A stretch of 64,000 bases of DNA from an uncultured Acidobacteriota bacterium. Lineage in GTDB: Bacteria > Acidobacteriota > Blastocatellia > RBC074. The notes below the pieces were generated by a model. It was not told where the DNA came from, made no database searches, and saw only the letters and a program-made list of their open reading frames with translations. Below are positions 19,705 to 29,102 of the stretch, piece by piece. The position numbers and the translations under genes are program-made. Within the stretch, counting starts at the first letter, position 1. Each line of letters opens with the position of its first letter. The stretch covers positions 416,001 through 480,000 of the forward strand of contig CAWCKY010000002.1 in NCBI GenBank assembly GCA_963796275.1, given 5' to 3'.

Positions 19705-21075
19705 TTGAAGATCCGACTACTACTCACATCTCAAAGTTTATCACTGCTGTTAATCACGCTCGGCCTGTTTTACACGAGAATTAACGCATCATCGGCTCCA
19801 CTGCAGCAGGATGAGAAAACCCTTGCTATCTCTTTGCCGGTTCAGTCAGGCGGCAGCGGTGTCGATGGTGTGACGCATAATCAATCTACCAGCGCCGTCA
19901 CGCGCTGGAACGCGATAGCGATCCAGGTTCTTCCCGTCGATCCTGGGCTGATTCTGGATTCGCGAGCTTTCGCCATCATGCATGCCGCCATTCACGACGC
20001 AGTAAACGGTGTGGAGCGGCGTTATCAATCCTATACGTTCAGTCTATCTTCGCCAGGGGCTTCGATCGATGCTGCCGTGGCAGCTGCAGCACGCGACGTT
20101 CTCGTGGCGCTTTCACCGAGCCAGCAAGCAGTGGTCGAAATCGCATACGCAGCCGCGTTGCTTGCGATTCCCGACGGACCCGCAAAGAATGCGGGCATAT
20201 CTCTGGGCCAGCAAAGTGCAGCCGCGAATCTCATGCGAAGAATGGGAGATGGTTCCGATATCGCAACAGGCCCGGCGTATGTTCCAACCGGGAACCCGGG
20301 CGACTACGATTTCACGCCTCCCTTCGATCAGGCGCCGTTGGGGCCCGCGGCACTGTTTCCCGGGTGGGGCAATGTCACACCATTCGGCATTGGCCTGGAT
20401 CGACATCAGCTGCCCGGGCCCGATCCGCTCAACAGTGATCGTTACGCGCACGATTTCAATTACGTCAAGTCCATCGGCAGATTGAACAGTACGACGCGCA
20501 CCCCGGAACAGACGGACATCGCGCTCTTCTGGTTCGAGTTCTCGCCGGTGGGCTGGAATCGCATCGCCAACACGATCGTGCGCCAGCAGAATGTCGATAT
20601 CTGGGAGGCGGCACGTATCATGGCGCTGGTTAACTTCGCACTGGCAGACGGATACATCGTCGGATTCCACGCTAAATATAAATTCCGCTTCTGGCGGCCT
20701 TACACGGCCATCCGAAAAGCTGCTGAGGATGGCAATCCGCACACCAAGCCCGATCCACAATGGCTTCCTCTGCAGGCGCCGGCGTTTTTCACTCCGCCTG
20801 TTCCGGACTATCCGTCGACGCACTCGGTGCTTGGCGCCGCTGCGGCTGAAGTGCTGATCCAGAGCTTCGGCGATCACGTACGTTTCGATGTGATCAGCAC
20901 GACCCTGCCAGGTGAGACCCGACGATTCGACAGTCTGACACGGGCAGCCCTGGAAAACGGCCTGTCACGCGTTTATGGCGGCATTCATTTCCTCCATGCC
21001 GTACAAGACGGTCTTCAGCAGGGAAAGAAAATCGGTCGAGCGGTAAGTGGATTACTACCAGAGGTGAATCGGTAG
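19705..21075 (+). CDS. Secreted vanadium-dependent haloperoxidase (PAP2 superfamily; chloroperoxidase/bacterial type)
   Basis: Vanadate motifs 'KYKFRFWRP', 'TPPVPDYPSTH', 'SRVYGGIHF'; N-terminal 'RWN..A..SRAFAIMHAAIHDAVN'; AAGGAGG RBS with TTG start. Confidence 0.88.
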   Translation: MKIRLLLTSQSLSLLLITLGLFYTRINASSAPLQQDEKTLAISLPVQSGGSGVDGVTHNQSTSAVTRWNAIAIQVLPVDPGLILDSRAFAIMHAAIHDAVNGVERRYQSYTFSLSSPGASIDAAVAAAARDVLVALSPSQQAVVEIAYAAALLAIPDGPAKNAGISLGQQSAAANLMRRMGDGSDIATGPAYVPTGNPGDYDFTPPFDQAPLGPAALFPGWGNVTPFGIGLDRHQLPGPDPLNSDRYAHDFNYVKSIGRLNSTTRTPEQTDIALFWFEFSPVGWNRIANTIVRQQNVDIWEAARIMALVNFALADGYIVGFHAKYKFRFWRPYTAIRKAAEDGNPHTKPDPQWLPLQAPAFFTPPVPDYPSTHSVLGAAAAEVLIQSFGDHVRFDVISTTLPGETRRFDSLTRAALENGLSRVYGGIHFLHAVQDGLQQGKKIGRAVSGLLPEVNR

Positions 21076-21284
21076 GACCGCAGATCGCTACAAATCTATG
21101 AATTCAATATTCCAGCGTAGTGGTGGACCTGGTGTGTCCGGGATTCGGTGTACCTCAGCAGACACATAGGTCCCTACGCTGGAATCCATATGAAAATCCG
21201 CTGTAGTCGAACTTTAGCCGACTTTTCGCCATTTCTTCGTTTTTTTTCGTTACACTGAGTATAAAAAACGCGGATATTACATCA

Positions 21285-22037
21285 ATGCCAAAAAGGCTGG
21301 ATATAACAGAACACATCTCGTCCAAACAGAAGAAGCAGCTGTATGTCAACCAACTGTTTGAGACTATCGCTTCGCACTACGATTTCTTCACGGTCTTTTT
21401 CTCTTATGGAATGGATCGAAGTTGGAAGCGTAAATTGATTGAGATGCTCAATCTGAGAGCGGACGAGAAAGCGCTCGATATAGCGTGCGGGACCGGTGAT
21501 ATCGCGCTTGCGCTCGGAGAGGAGTTCCAATCAGGAAATGTTATAGGTTTGGATATCACTCAGGCGATGATCGAGATCGCCGAAAACAAGCGTCGCGCTA
21601 AAAATCTCAGCAACGTCTCATTCCACCGCGGCGACATCATGTCCCTTCCCTTCACCGATGCTTCATTTGATTGCGTGTCATGTGGTTATGCGCTACGCAA
21701 TGTCCCCGATGTGATGCTGGCATTAAGTGAGATCAAGCGGGTTCTCAAACCGGGCGGGCGTTTCTACTCACTCGATTTCGCCCACCCTCAGAACAGGATT
21801 TATCGATGGCTTTATCTCTATTATCTTGTCATCACCGGCTCAATTGTCGGATATTTATTGCATAGAGACTCAGATACCTACCGCTATATTGCGGAAAGCC
21901 TGAAACGATATCCCGGCCAGATCGGTGTGCTGGAGGTAATGAATCGCCTCGGTTTCGTCGAGACTGGATTTCACGAGTTCGGTGGGGGCATTACAGCAAT
22001 CAATTATGGGACGAAACCGAATTGCGACGAGCTATAA
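21285..22037 (+). CDS. UbiE/MenG-family SAM-dependent methyltransferase
   Basis: '[22 protein letters not shown]', 'LDIACGTGD', 'LPFTDASFD', 'YALRNV', 'RVLKPGG', 'YRYIAESL'. Confidence 0.88.
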   Translation: MPKRLDITEHISSKQKKQLYVNQLFETIASHYDFFTVFFSYGMDRSWKRKLIEMLNLRADEKALDIACGTGDIALALGEEFQSGNVIGLDITQAMIEIAENKRRAKNLSNVSFHRGDIMSLPFTDASFDCVSCGYALRNVPDVMLALSEIKRVLKPGGRFYSLDFAHPQNRIYRWLYLYYLVITGSIVGYLLHRDSDTYRYIAESLKRYPGQIGVLEVMNRLGFVETGFHEFGGGITAINYGTKPNCDEL

Positions 22038-22044
22038 CCGGCCC

Positions 22045-22992
22045 TTATAATCGCTTTGTTCGCTCCAATTCCGAGCGGTCCCATGTCCCATTATTGGCAG
22101 CTGCCTCATAGCTGCTTTGCAGGAACTCAAGCAACGCCCGATCCGGGGATGCCGATTGTCGAACCTCGTCATAGGGAAAGATATACTCTCGAAGCTCCGA
22201 ACTGTATATTGCTCCGCCCGGCCCCACACTCGCAGTAGAGAATCCATCGGGCTCAGGATAGGCATAAGAATAAAACAGCGGGTAAGGCATCTGCTCACTT
22301 CCTGGCCAGAACCCGCAACTGCTCACTTCGTGAGAGTATGCTTCGCGCGCGATCCAATCCGGGAGGTGAGGAACTCCACCGGGATGTTCGGGGGCCCTTC
22401 GCCCGGAAAAGCGCGTTACCGCCAGGTCGAAACTTCCCCAGAAGAAATGCACAGGGCTGCATTTGCCCATAAATCGAGCACGGAATTGCTTGAATACTCG
22501 GTCAGCCTGCACCAGCGCGCGCCAGAACAGGTTGGCATAATGAGCATCATATGAAGCATGTTCTCTATCTTTATTAAACGGAATGGCGGTTGCCACTTCA
22601 TTGGGCATCGTATTAATCGTCACCTTCAGATTCAAATGGGTCAATGCGGCGAGCAACTCTTCGTAAAAGTCTGCTACTGAGCGGGGTGCGAGCGATATTA
22701 TTTTAACCTGGCCATCGCTCGTTTGGACTAATAACTTGTGGTCAATGAAATCGAAATCGATCTGAAATGTCCGAATCCCATAAGGAATAGGCGACGTGGT
22801 CAGACCGCGTGATGTGACGTAAAGGGAAGTGTGCCACGAGTGATTGATCCAGGGAGTCTGGACAAGCCTGATCTTCCCAACGATCTGCGTCCACATATGG
22901 AGCGTTGCATAGGTAGCTTTCCACTCCTGGAAAGGCAGGCTCGGCCAACCGTCACTAGTTGGAGCGCTGCCGAAAGAATTTAGATTAGTCAT
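22045..22992 (-). CDS. DUF5996 family protein
   Basis: 'TLHMWTQIVGKIRL..PWINHSWH', 'FMGKCSPVHFFWGSFDLAVTRFSGR', 'AYSHEVSSCGFWPG', 'FYSYAYPEP'. Confidence 0.85.
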   Translation of the reverse strand: MTNLNSFGSAPTSDGWPSLPFQEWKATYATLHMWTQIVGKIRLVQTPWINHSWHTSLYVTSRGLTTSPIPYGIRTFQIDFDFIDHKLLVQTSDGQVKIISLAPRSVADFYEELLAALTHLNLKVTINTMPNEVATAIPFNKDREHASYDAHYANLFWRALVQADRVFKQFRARFMGKCSPVHFFWGSFDLAVTRFSGRRAPEHPGGVPHLPDWIAREAYSHEVSSCGFWPGSEQMPYPLFYSYAYPEPDGFSTASVGPGGAIYSSELREYIFPYDEVRQSASPDRALLEFLQSSYEAAANNGTWDRSELERTKRL

Positions 22993-23019
22993 ATACCCTC
23001 CCTGTAATCGCCATCTTTC

Positions 23020-25245
23020 TCAGAGCAACTTGTCGAGCGTGATCGGCAGATCTCGCACGCGCTTGCCGGTCGCGTGGAAAATGGCGTTGGCAATTGCTGC
23101 GGCGACACCGACGATGCCGATTTCGCCCAGGCCTTTGATGCCAAGCGGGTTGACGATCGAATCATTCTCTTTGACGAAGATCACATCGATCTCATGCACG
23201 TCGGCGTTGACCGGGACATGATACTCTGCCAGATTGTGATTGATAAAACGTCCGAAATTCTGATCCATCACGCTCTCTTCTTCCAACGCCATCCCGATGC
23301 CCCAGATGATCGCGCCCATTATCTGACTCCGCGCCGTTTTGGGATTCAGGATGCGCCCTGCGGCGACTGCGCTGACGACGCGCGTGACGCGAATCACACC
23401 GAGGTCCTGGTCGACTTTCACTTCCGCGAATATAGCCGAGTGTGAAAACCGGGCGTATTGCGATTGCTTCTGTTCGTCTGGGCCGGTGGCAGCCTCTTCT
23501 TCGATTATGCTGACTCCGCCCTGGCGCATGACGTCCTTGATAGTCACGGATCGAGAAGCGGCGCCATTCAGCATGATTCGCCCGTCAGAGAACGTGACAT
23601 CTTCGTATCTGGCGCCGGCGAGCGGAGAATTCGCGTCCTTCAGCGCAAGATTGAACAGCCTTTCGCGCACCCGATCGCACACTGCCTTGACCGCCGATCC
23701 AATCGTTGCCGCCGTGAACGAACCGCCTTCGACTGGCGCCTGCGGGAATGACGAGTCGCCGAGTCCGAATGTCACATTCTCAAGCGGCAATCCGAGCATT
23801 TCGGCGGCTATCTGCGTCATGATCGTGTAAGTCCCGGTTCCGATATCAGCGGTTGCGCTGCTCACATTGAATTGGCCTTCAGCGGTTAAAACGGCGCGTG
23901 CGGCCGCCATCATTTGATCTGACTCCCAAACTCCGGTCGCCATGCCCCAACCGATCAGCTGATCGCCATCCTTCATAGATCGCGGTTTGTGATTGCGTTT
24001 TGACCAACCGAACTTTTCCGCCCCTTGCCGGTAACATTCGCGCAGTTCCTTACTGGAAAAAGGTTTGTCTTGATTCTGATCCTTTTCGGTGTAGTTCTTC
24101 AGCCGCAGCTCGAGCGGATCAACCCCGAGTTGATGGGCGAGTTCGTCCATCGCGCTTTCGAGCGCAAACAGACCCCAGGCTGCGCCCGGCGCGCGCATAT
24201 CAGTGGGCGTATTAACGTCGAGCTGCGCGACTTTGTGTTCGAGCCTGGTGTTTTCGCAGCGATAGAGCATGCCCGACCAATGGACTACGGGCTCGCTGTA
24301 ATCTTCAAATCGCGAAGTCTCTGCGAACACATTGTGGATGATGGATTCCAACGCACCATCAGGCGCGGCGCCGAGCCCTAATTTCTGTTGAATCGCGGGA
24401 CGATGGCCCAAGGAGAACATCTGCTGGCGCGTCAAAGTGACTTTGACCGAACGTTTGAGTTCACGCGCCGCCAACACCGCCAGGAATACTTGATACTGCG
24501 GGCGCAAACCCAAACCGAACCCTCCGCCGACAAAAGGCGAGAGTACGCGGATGTCGTTTTTGGAAAGACCGAAGATATTGCAGATGTATTCCTGGACATT
24601 TTGCACACCCTGCGTTTTGTCGAAGATGGTCATCTTACCGTTATCTTCCCAGACCACGGTCGTCGCGAACGGCTCCATCGGATTGTGATGTTCGAAGGGC
24701 GAGCCGTATTCAGCTTCAAACTGTACGGCGGCTTTGGCAAAAGCTTTTTCGGCGTCGCCGCGCGGTTCTGGCACCGGCGGGATAACTGTTCTGGGTTTCG
24801 GTATGTACGCCTCTTCGTGCAATTCATTCAAATCAGTTGCGTGCGGCTCGCTATGATACTCGACGCGGACGAGCGTCGCCGCGTAGCGCGCCAACTCAAG
24901 ATTTTCGGCGACAACCAGCGCGATGGGTTGCGCGCTGTACTTGATAATGTCGTCGTGAAGCGGGCGGAACGGCGAACCGGGAGGCGCGACCTGGTCGGTG
25001 TAACTATCGTCAGACTGCGCCAGGCGAGGCGCGTTTTCGTGTGTGAAGACCTGCAGCACGCCATCGAGCCGTAACGCATCGCTTGCGTCTATCTTCGTGA
25101 TCCTGCCTTTGGCGATCGCGCTTGAAACGACGTAACCGTAGGCCAGATTCGGAACATTGTATTCAGCGGCGTACTTCGCCGCGCCCGTCACTTTGGCGCG
25201 CCCGTCAACGCGATTGGTGGGCTCTCCGATGTAACTTGTCTTCAT
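23020..25245 (-). CDS. Xanthine dehydrogenase family molybdopterin-binding subunit (PaoC/YagR-like)
   Basis: 'RVDGRAKVTGAAKY', 'HHNPMEP', 'VGGGFG', 'MRAPG', 'DIGTGTYT', 'GIKGLGEIG', 'HATGKRVRDLPIT'. Likely start MKTSYIG at 25245. Confidence 0.93.
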   Translation of the reverse strand: MKTSYIGEPTNRVDGRAKVTGAAKYAAEYNVPNLAYGYVVSSAIAKGRITKIDASDALRLDGVLQVFTHENAPRLAQSDDSYTDQVAPPGSPFRPLHDDIIKYSAQPIALVVAENLELARYAATLVRVEYHSEPHATDLNELHEEAYIPKPRTVIPPVPEPRGDAEKAFAKAAVQFEAEYGSPFEHHNPMEPFATTVVWEDNGKMTIFDKTQGVQNVQEYICNIFGLSKNDIRVLSPFVGGGFGLGLRPQYQVFLAVLAARELKRSVKVTLTRQQMFSLGHRPAIQQKLGLGAAPDGALESIIHNVFAETSRFEDYSEPVVHWSGMLYRCENTRLEHKVAQLDVNTPTDMRAPGAAWGLFALESAMDELAHQLGVDPLELRLKNYTEKDQNQDKPFSSKELRECYRQGAEKFGWSKRNHKPRSMKDGDQLIGWGMATGVWESDQMMAAARAVLTAEGQFNVSSATADIGTGTYTIMTQIAAEMLGLPLENVTFGLGDSSFPQAPVEGGSFTAATIGSAVKAVCDRVRERLFNLALKDANSPLAGARYEDVTFSDGRIMLNGAASRSVTIKDVMRQGGVSIIEEEAATGPDEQKQSQYARFSHSAIFAEVKVDQDLGVIRVTRVVSAVAAGRILNPKTARSQIMGAIIWGIGMALEEESVMDQNFGRFINHNLAEYHVPVNADVHEIDVIFVKENDSIVNPLGIKGLGEIGIVGVAAAIANAIFHATGKRVRDLPITLDKLL

Positions 25246-26236
25246 GTTTCTGCTCCATTTCTGCGGCTTGCCGCAACGCGCGCACGATGGCGCGTTTCGC
25301 CAATTCAATTTTGAATGTGTTATAGCTGAAGCCTTTTGCATCGCGCACGATCGCCTCGGCGGCTCTTTGAAAGTTCTCTTTGGTGGCGTCCTTTCCGTTC
25401 AGCATTCGCTCGGCTTCCGCATCGCGCCAGGGCTTGTGCGCCACTCCGCCGAGCGCGAGCCGCGCCTCTTTGATCCTGCTTCCATCCATTTCAAGCGCGG
25501 CGGCAACCGATACGAGCGCAAATGCATACGATGCGCGGTCACGGACTTTCAAATAGGTGTAATTTTTGGCGAAGCCTCTCGCGGGCAGGTCGACCGCGGT
25601 GATAATTTCGTCCGCCTGCAAATTAGTGTCGATCTGCGGCGTGTCTCCCGGCAGACGGTGAAATTCGGCGAAAGGTATGATGCGGTCGCCCTTCTTCCCC
25701 GTTACACGCACCGTGGCTCCCAGCGCGGCAAGTGCGACGCACATATCCGACGGGTGGGTAGCGATGCAGTGTTCGCTTGCGCCTAAAATCGCGTGTATGC
25801 GGTTGAAACCATCGATCGCGGAACAGGCTGTCCCCGGCTCGCGTTTATTGCAGGGCGTCGCCGTATCGTAAAAATAGTAGCAACGGGTGCGCTGCATAAG
25901 ATTTCCGCCCGTCGTTGCCATGTTGCGCAATTGCGGCGATGCGCCCGCCAGAATAGCCTGTGAGAGGAGCGGGTAACGTTTTTCGACCTGCTCGTTGTAA
26001 GCGACATCTGTATTCGTGACGAGCGCGCCAATTCGCAATCCGCCATCCCCGGTATCTTCGATTCGGTCCAAAGGCAAATGTGTGATATCGATTAAACGCG
26101 TGGGGCGCGCGACGTTCTCCTTCATCAAATCGATCAGGTTCGTACCGCCTGCGATAAAACGCGCCGCGCCATCTTTCGCAATCTCGTTGACGGCGGTCTC
26201 TACATCGGAGGCTCGCGTGTAAGAAAACCTGTTCAT
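25205..26236 (-). CDS. Xanthine dehydrogenase family FAD-binding subunit (PaoB/YagS-like)
   Basis: 'FIAGGTNLIDLMK', 'GASPQLRNMATTGGN..QRTRCYYF..CNKREPG..C', 'CIATHPSDM', 'YLKVRDRASYAFA', 'GGVAHKPWR'. Confidence 0.94.
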   Translation of the reverse strand: MNRFSYTRASDVETAVNEIAKDGAARFIAGGTNLIDLMKENVARPTRLIDITHLPLDRIEDTGDGGLRIGALVTNTDVAYNEQVEKRYPLLSQAILAGASPQLRNMATTGGNLMQRTRCYYFYDTATPCNKREPGTACSAIDGFNRIHAILGASEHCIATHPSDMCVALAALGATVRVTGKKGDRIIPFAEFHRLPGDTPQIDTNLQADEIITAVDLPARGFAKNYTYLKVRDRASYAFALVSVAAALEMDGSRIKEARLALGGVAHKPWRDAEAERMLNGKDATKENFQRAAEAIVRDAKGFSYNTFKIELAKRAIVRALRQAAEMEQKHEDKLHRRAHQSR

Positions 26237-26841
26237 GATTTCGCCTTTCTTTTAACTGCCTGCCCTTTTTTGCTGGCCTGCCCCTTTTTACCGGACCGCC
26301 CCTTTGCCCTTCCCTTCTCACGCCCATTCCCCTGCATGACCTGCTGAATCGCCGCTACGATGTTCGGATAAGCGCCGCAACGGCAGATGTTGCCGCTCAT
26401 CAATTCGCGGATATCATCCACCGTCTTCGCTCTGCCCTCACTGATCAACCCGATAGAAGAGCATATCTGCCCCGACGTGCAATACCCGCATTGAAAAGCG
26501 TCGTGGTCGATAAAGGCTTGCTGCAAAGGATCGAGTGAATCTTCTGTGGCCAGCCCCTCGATCGTCTGCACTTCCGCGCCATCTTTCATAATCGCCAAAG
26601 TCAGACATGAGTTGATGCGCCGGCCATTCACAAGGACGGTGCAAGCTCCGCATTGCCCATGGTCGCACCCTTTTTTCGTACCCGTTAAATTTAGATACTC
26701 GCGCAATAAATCGAGCAAGGTCGTCCAAGGCGCAATCTCCAATCTTTTTTCCGCGCCGTTAACTTTGAGCGTGATCAAACTCTTCGAGAGCGCCGCAGAC
26801 GGGACTTTTCCAACGATCTCTTCGCCTGATTTGTTATTCAT
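26233..26841 (-). CDS. 2Fe-2S subunit (PaoA/YagT-like)
   Basis: 'GTKKGCDHGQCGACTV..NSC', 'QCGYCTSGQ', 'MSGNICRCGAY'; ATGA overlap with the next gene; no Tat peptide. Confidence 0.93.
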   Translation of the reverse strand: MNNKSGEEIVGKVPSAALSKSLITLKVNGAEKRLEIAPWTTLLDLLREYLNLTGTKKGCDHGQCGACTVLVNGRRINSCLTLAIMKDGAEVQTIEGLATEDSLDPLQQAFIDHDAFQCGYCTSGQICSSIGLISEGRAKTVDDIRELMSGNICRCGAYPNIVAAIQQVMQGNGREKGRAKGRSGKKGQASKKGQAVKRKAKS

Positions 26842-26928
26842 ATTGAATCCTGACAATCCTATTGGAATGCAGCAGGCAAAAGTCATGCTGCCGGATTTTT
26901 TACAGGAGGGATGGATGACGGCCTAATA

Positions 26929-26972
26929 TTAAATGTTGGGATTTAAAAGTTGGGAATTTAAAGTTGGGAACC
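26929..26972. repeat. Three direct repeats of ~14 bp (TAAA(A/T)GTTGGGA(A)TT)
   Basis: taaatgttgggatt / taaaagttgggaatt / taaagttgggaacc, read directly in a divergent intergenic region. Confidence 0.7.
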
Positions 26973-27069
26973 TTAATATGAGCCAACACTAATTCTATTA
27001 TAAAAAGATGGCGTTTCCAAGCATTGTCCGCGAGGTTGATGCGAAGTACGAAATAGACGAAAGGATCAG

Positions 27070-27621
27070 ATGCGTAAAACTATTTCTCTTAGCGAATATA
27101 CCGAGCAACTCCTCGCGTTTGGAGTGAAGCAGGGGGGCGTTTTACTTGTGCACACAGCGTTCTCGCGGGTGAAACCGGTACAGGATGGGCCGAGCGGTTT
27201 GATCGCGGCGCTCCAGGCAGCAGTCGGACCGTTGGGTACGCTGGCGATGCCGAGCATGAGCGACGACGACGATCATCCTTTCGATCCGAGAAATACGGCC
27301 TGCCGCGGGATGGGAGTAGTCGCCGACACTTTCTGGAGACGGCCGGGCGTCCTCCGCAGCGACAGCCCACACGCTTTCGCGGCGATCGGTCCCAGAGCCG
27401 CCGAAATCACGGCGGATCACCCGGTGGACGTCCCTCATGGCTTGGACAGCCCCGTCGGACGTATCTATGAGCTCGACGGGCAAGTGCTATTACTGGGAGT
27501 GGGACACGATGCAAATACGTATTCCTCCATCCCACTGGCGTGGACATCGAGTGCGATGAGGCCAGGGCGAGTCTTGCTAATTGTTGATTTCGTGGTATGC
27601 GGAAATACAGCCTGGATCTAA
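27070..27621 (+). pseudogene. Truncated aminoglycoside N3-acetyltransferase, AAC(3)-IV/-VI-like
   Basis: '[62 protein letters not shown]' closely follows AAC(3)-IV. Similarity stops at ~27519, just before the conserved 'TLHLAE'. Confidence 0.85.
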
Positions 27622-27693
27622 AGTATTGATGCTTTCCGGCAGTTCGAAATGCTGGACGAAGCAACGACACGGAGGTTAAAGATGATAAGAAAA

Positions 27694-29001
27694 TCAATCG
27701 CGCATCGACAGCACACGGTCGAGCAATTGGCGGACAATCGGTGACTCTGGATTTGCCTCGCGTAACCTGAGAAATTCAACCTCCGCTTCATCCAGCAGCC
27801 CGTCTCGCGTATAAAGCACCCCCAGCGTCAGATGTGATCCGGCGTAGATGCGCTGCGACCGCTTCAATTCATCCGCCCGGGCGCGATCAAGAATACGGAA
27901 TCTCGCCTCCGGCGCAGGTGAGCGCGGAGAGGTGAATTCCTGCCCATCTTTTATGGCTTTCACTACCCAGAAATAGACTTTGCCTCGAGTGAGTGTTTTA
28001 GACGCTGTCCACGTATTATCGATTAGTTGTGGGCTGTTTATCACGGGAATGAGCTGATCATCGTATACCTCAACGACGTAACTCACCGCACCATCCAGCC
28101 GCGACCAGCGAAAAGTCGGACGGTCTGACAGAATTACACTTCCTACCGGTTTGATAATCGAGAACTCTCTTTCGTGGCGTTGGCTGCCTCTTATCTGCAT
28201 TTCATCCGAACGGGTCAATCCTGACAGAAGCGGTGATTTTTCGAGTTTCTGATCGGTGAGCACGCCTTTTATCAGCTTCAGGTAACCGGGAGATAAGTTA
28301 TCAATTCCCGATAAATTTCCGATCCTGTCGAGCGTTACCTTACGATTACCATCATTGAGCCGGACCACAATCATCTCTGGTCCGTCTTCCCGCTCGGGCG
28401 TGGGTGAGACCGGCGTTAATGCGGGCGCGGCATGCGAGAGGGGCGTCTCGACAAGTCCCGGATCTTTGCCTCCTATCGATTTCAAAATCAACCAACCGCC
28501 TAGAATTAGGAAGAGCGTCGCCATAGTTGAGCTGAAGACGAGTGCGCCGGGTCCCGGAACGAGCGAGGCTATAGGTGCAAATATGCGATGCCACCATTTT
28601 TCAGCCACGGCCGTAGCAGGCCGATATTCGCGATTAAGATCGTCGGCGACGCGAGCCCTGAAAGCCCGTAGATCATTGACGGCCATCTCGCACAGTTCGC
28701 ATCCGGTCAAATGATCTTTGACTATCTGCAGCACCTCCCCGACAAGAAGATCATCGATGTACCCGGCAATTTCTTCGGGAGTCAAATGCGCTCGCCCTCC
28801 AGGTGGAAAAGGCATCTCTGCTTCGCCGAATGCCTCGGACTTCAACAGGAAGAATGCCGTATCGCTGCGCAGCGCTCTTTCGACTTCACTGCCGCACTCC
28901 TCGCAGACACTCAGGTGATGGGAGACAGAGAACAGTTCCGTTGCCGAGAGTCTATGACGCCCATAATCTTCAATCTGGGTTTTAGTAAGATGCTCAGACA
29001 A
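27694..29001 (-). CDS. Membrane anti-sigma-factor-like protein: two zf-HC2 (HxxxCxxC) motifs, TM helix, extracytoplasmic DUF928-like/Ig domain and TPR-like tail
   Basis: 'HHLSVCEEC' and 'DHLTGCELC'; TM 'MATLFLILGGWLIL'; 'SDRPTFRW..GAVSYVVEVYD..LTRGKVYFWVV'; TTG start with GAGG RBS; directly downstream of the sigma gene. Confidence 0.75.
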   Translation of the reverse strand: MSEHLTKTQIEDYGRHRLSATELFSVSHHLSVCEECGSEVERALRSDTAFFLLKSEAFGEAEMPFPPGGRAHLTPEEIAGYIDDLLVGEVLQIVKDHLTGCELCEMAVNDLRAFRARVADDLNREYRPATAVAEKWWHRIFAPIASLVPGPGALVFSSTMATLFLILGGWLILKSIGGKDPGLVETPLSHAAPALTPVSPTPEREDGPEMIVVRLNDGNRKVTLDRIGNLSGIDNLSPGYLKLIKGVLTDQKLEKSPLLSGLTRSDEMQIRGSQRHEREFSIIKPVGSVILSDRPTFRWSRLDGAVSYVVEVYDDQLIPVINSPQLIDNTWTASKTLTRGKVYFWVVKAIKDGQEFTSPRSPAPEARFRILDRARADELKRSQRIYAGSHLTLGVLYTRDGLLDEAEVEFLRLREANPESPIVRQLLDRVLSMRD

Positions 29002-29102
29002 TCGTCGTTACCTCACAGCCTTTTCTATTGTGCTCCTGCACCTCTAACTATCTGACTTATAATCATATAAGTTGCTTAAATTCTCCTTCTATTACCATCA
29101 GT

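Noticed and set aside
19705-22037. VHPO + methyltransferase as a meroterpenoid (napyradiomycin-like) biosynthetic cluster
   Set aside because: No PKS, prenyltransferase or other core biosynthetic genes are present; the methyltransferase looks like ordinary UbiE/MenG.
27070-27621. Functional aminoglycoside resistance gene
   Set aside because: Lacks the catalytic HxxE motif and the C-terminal part of the protein.
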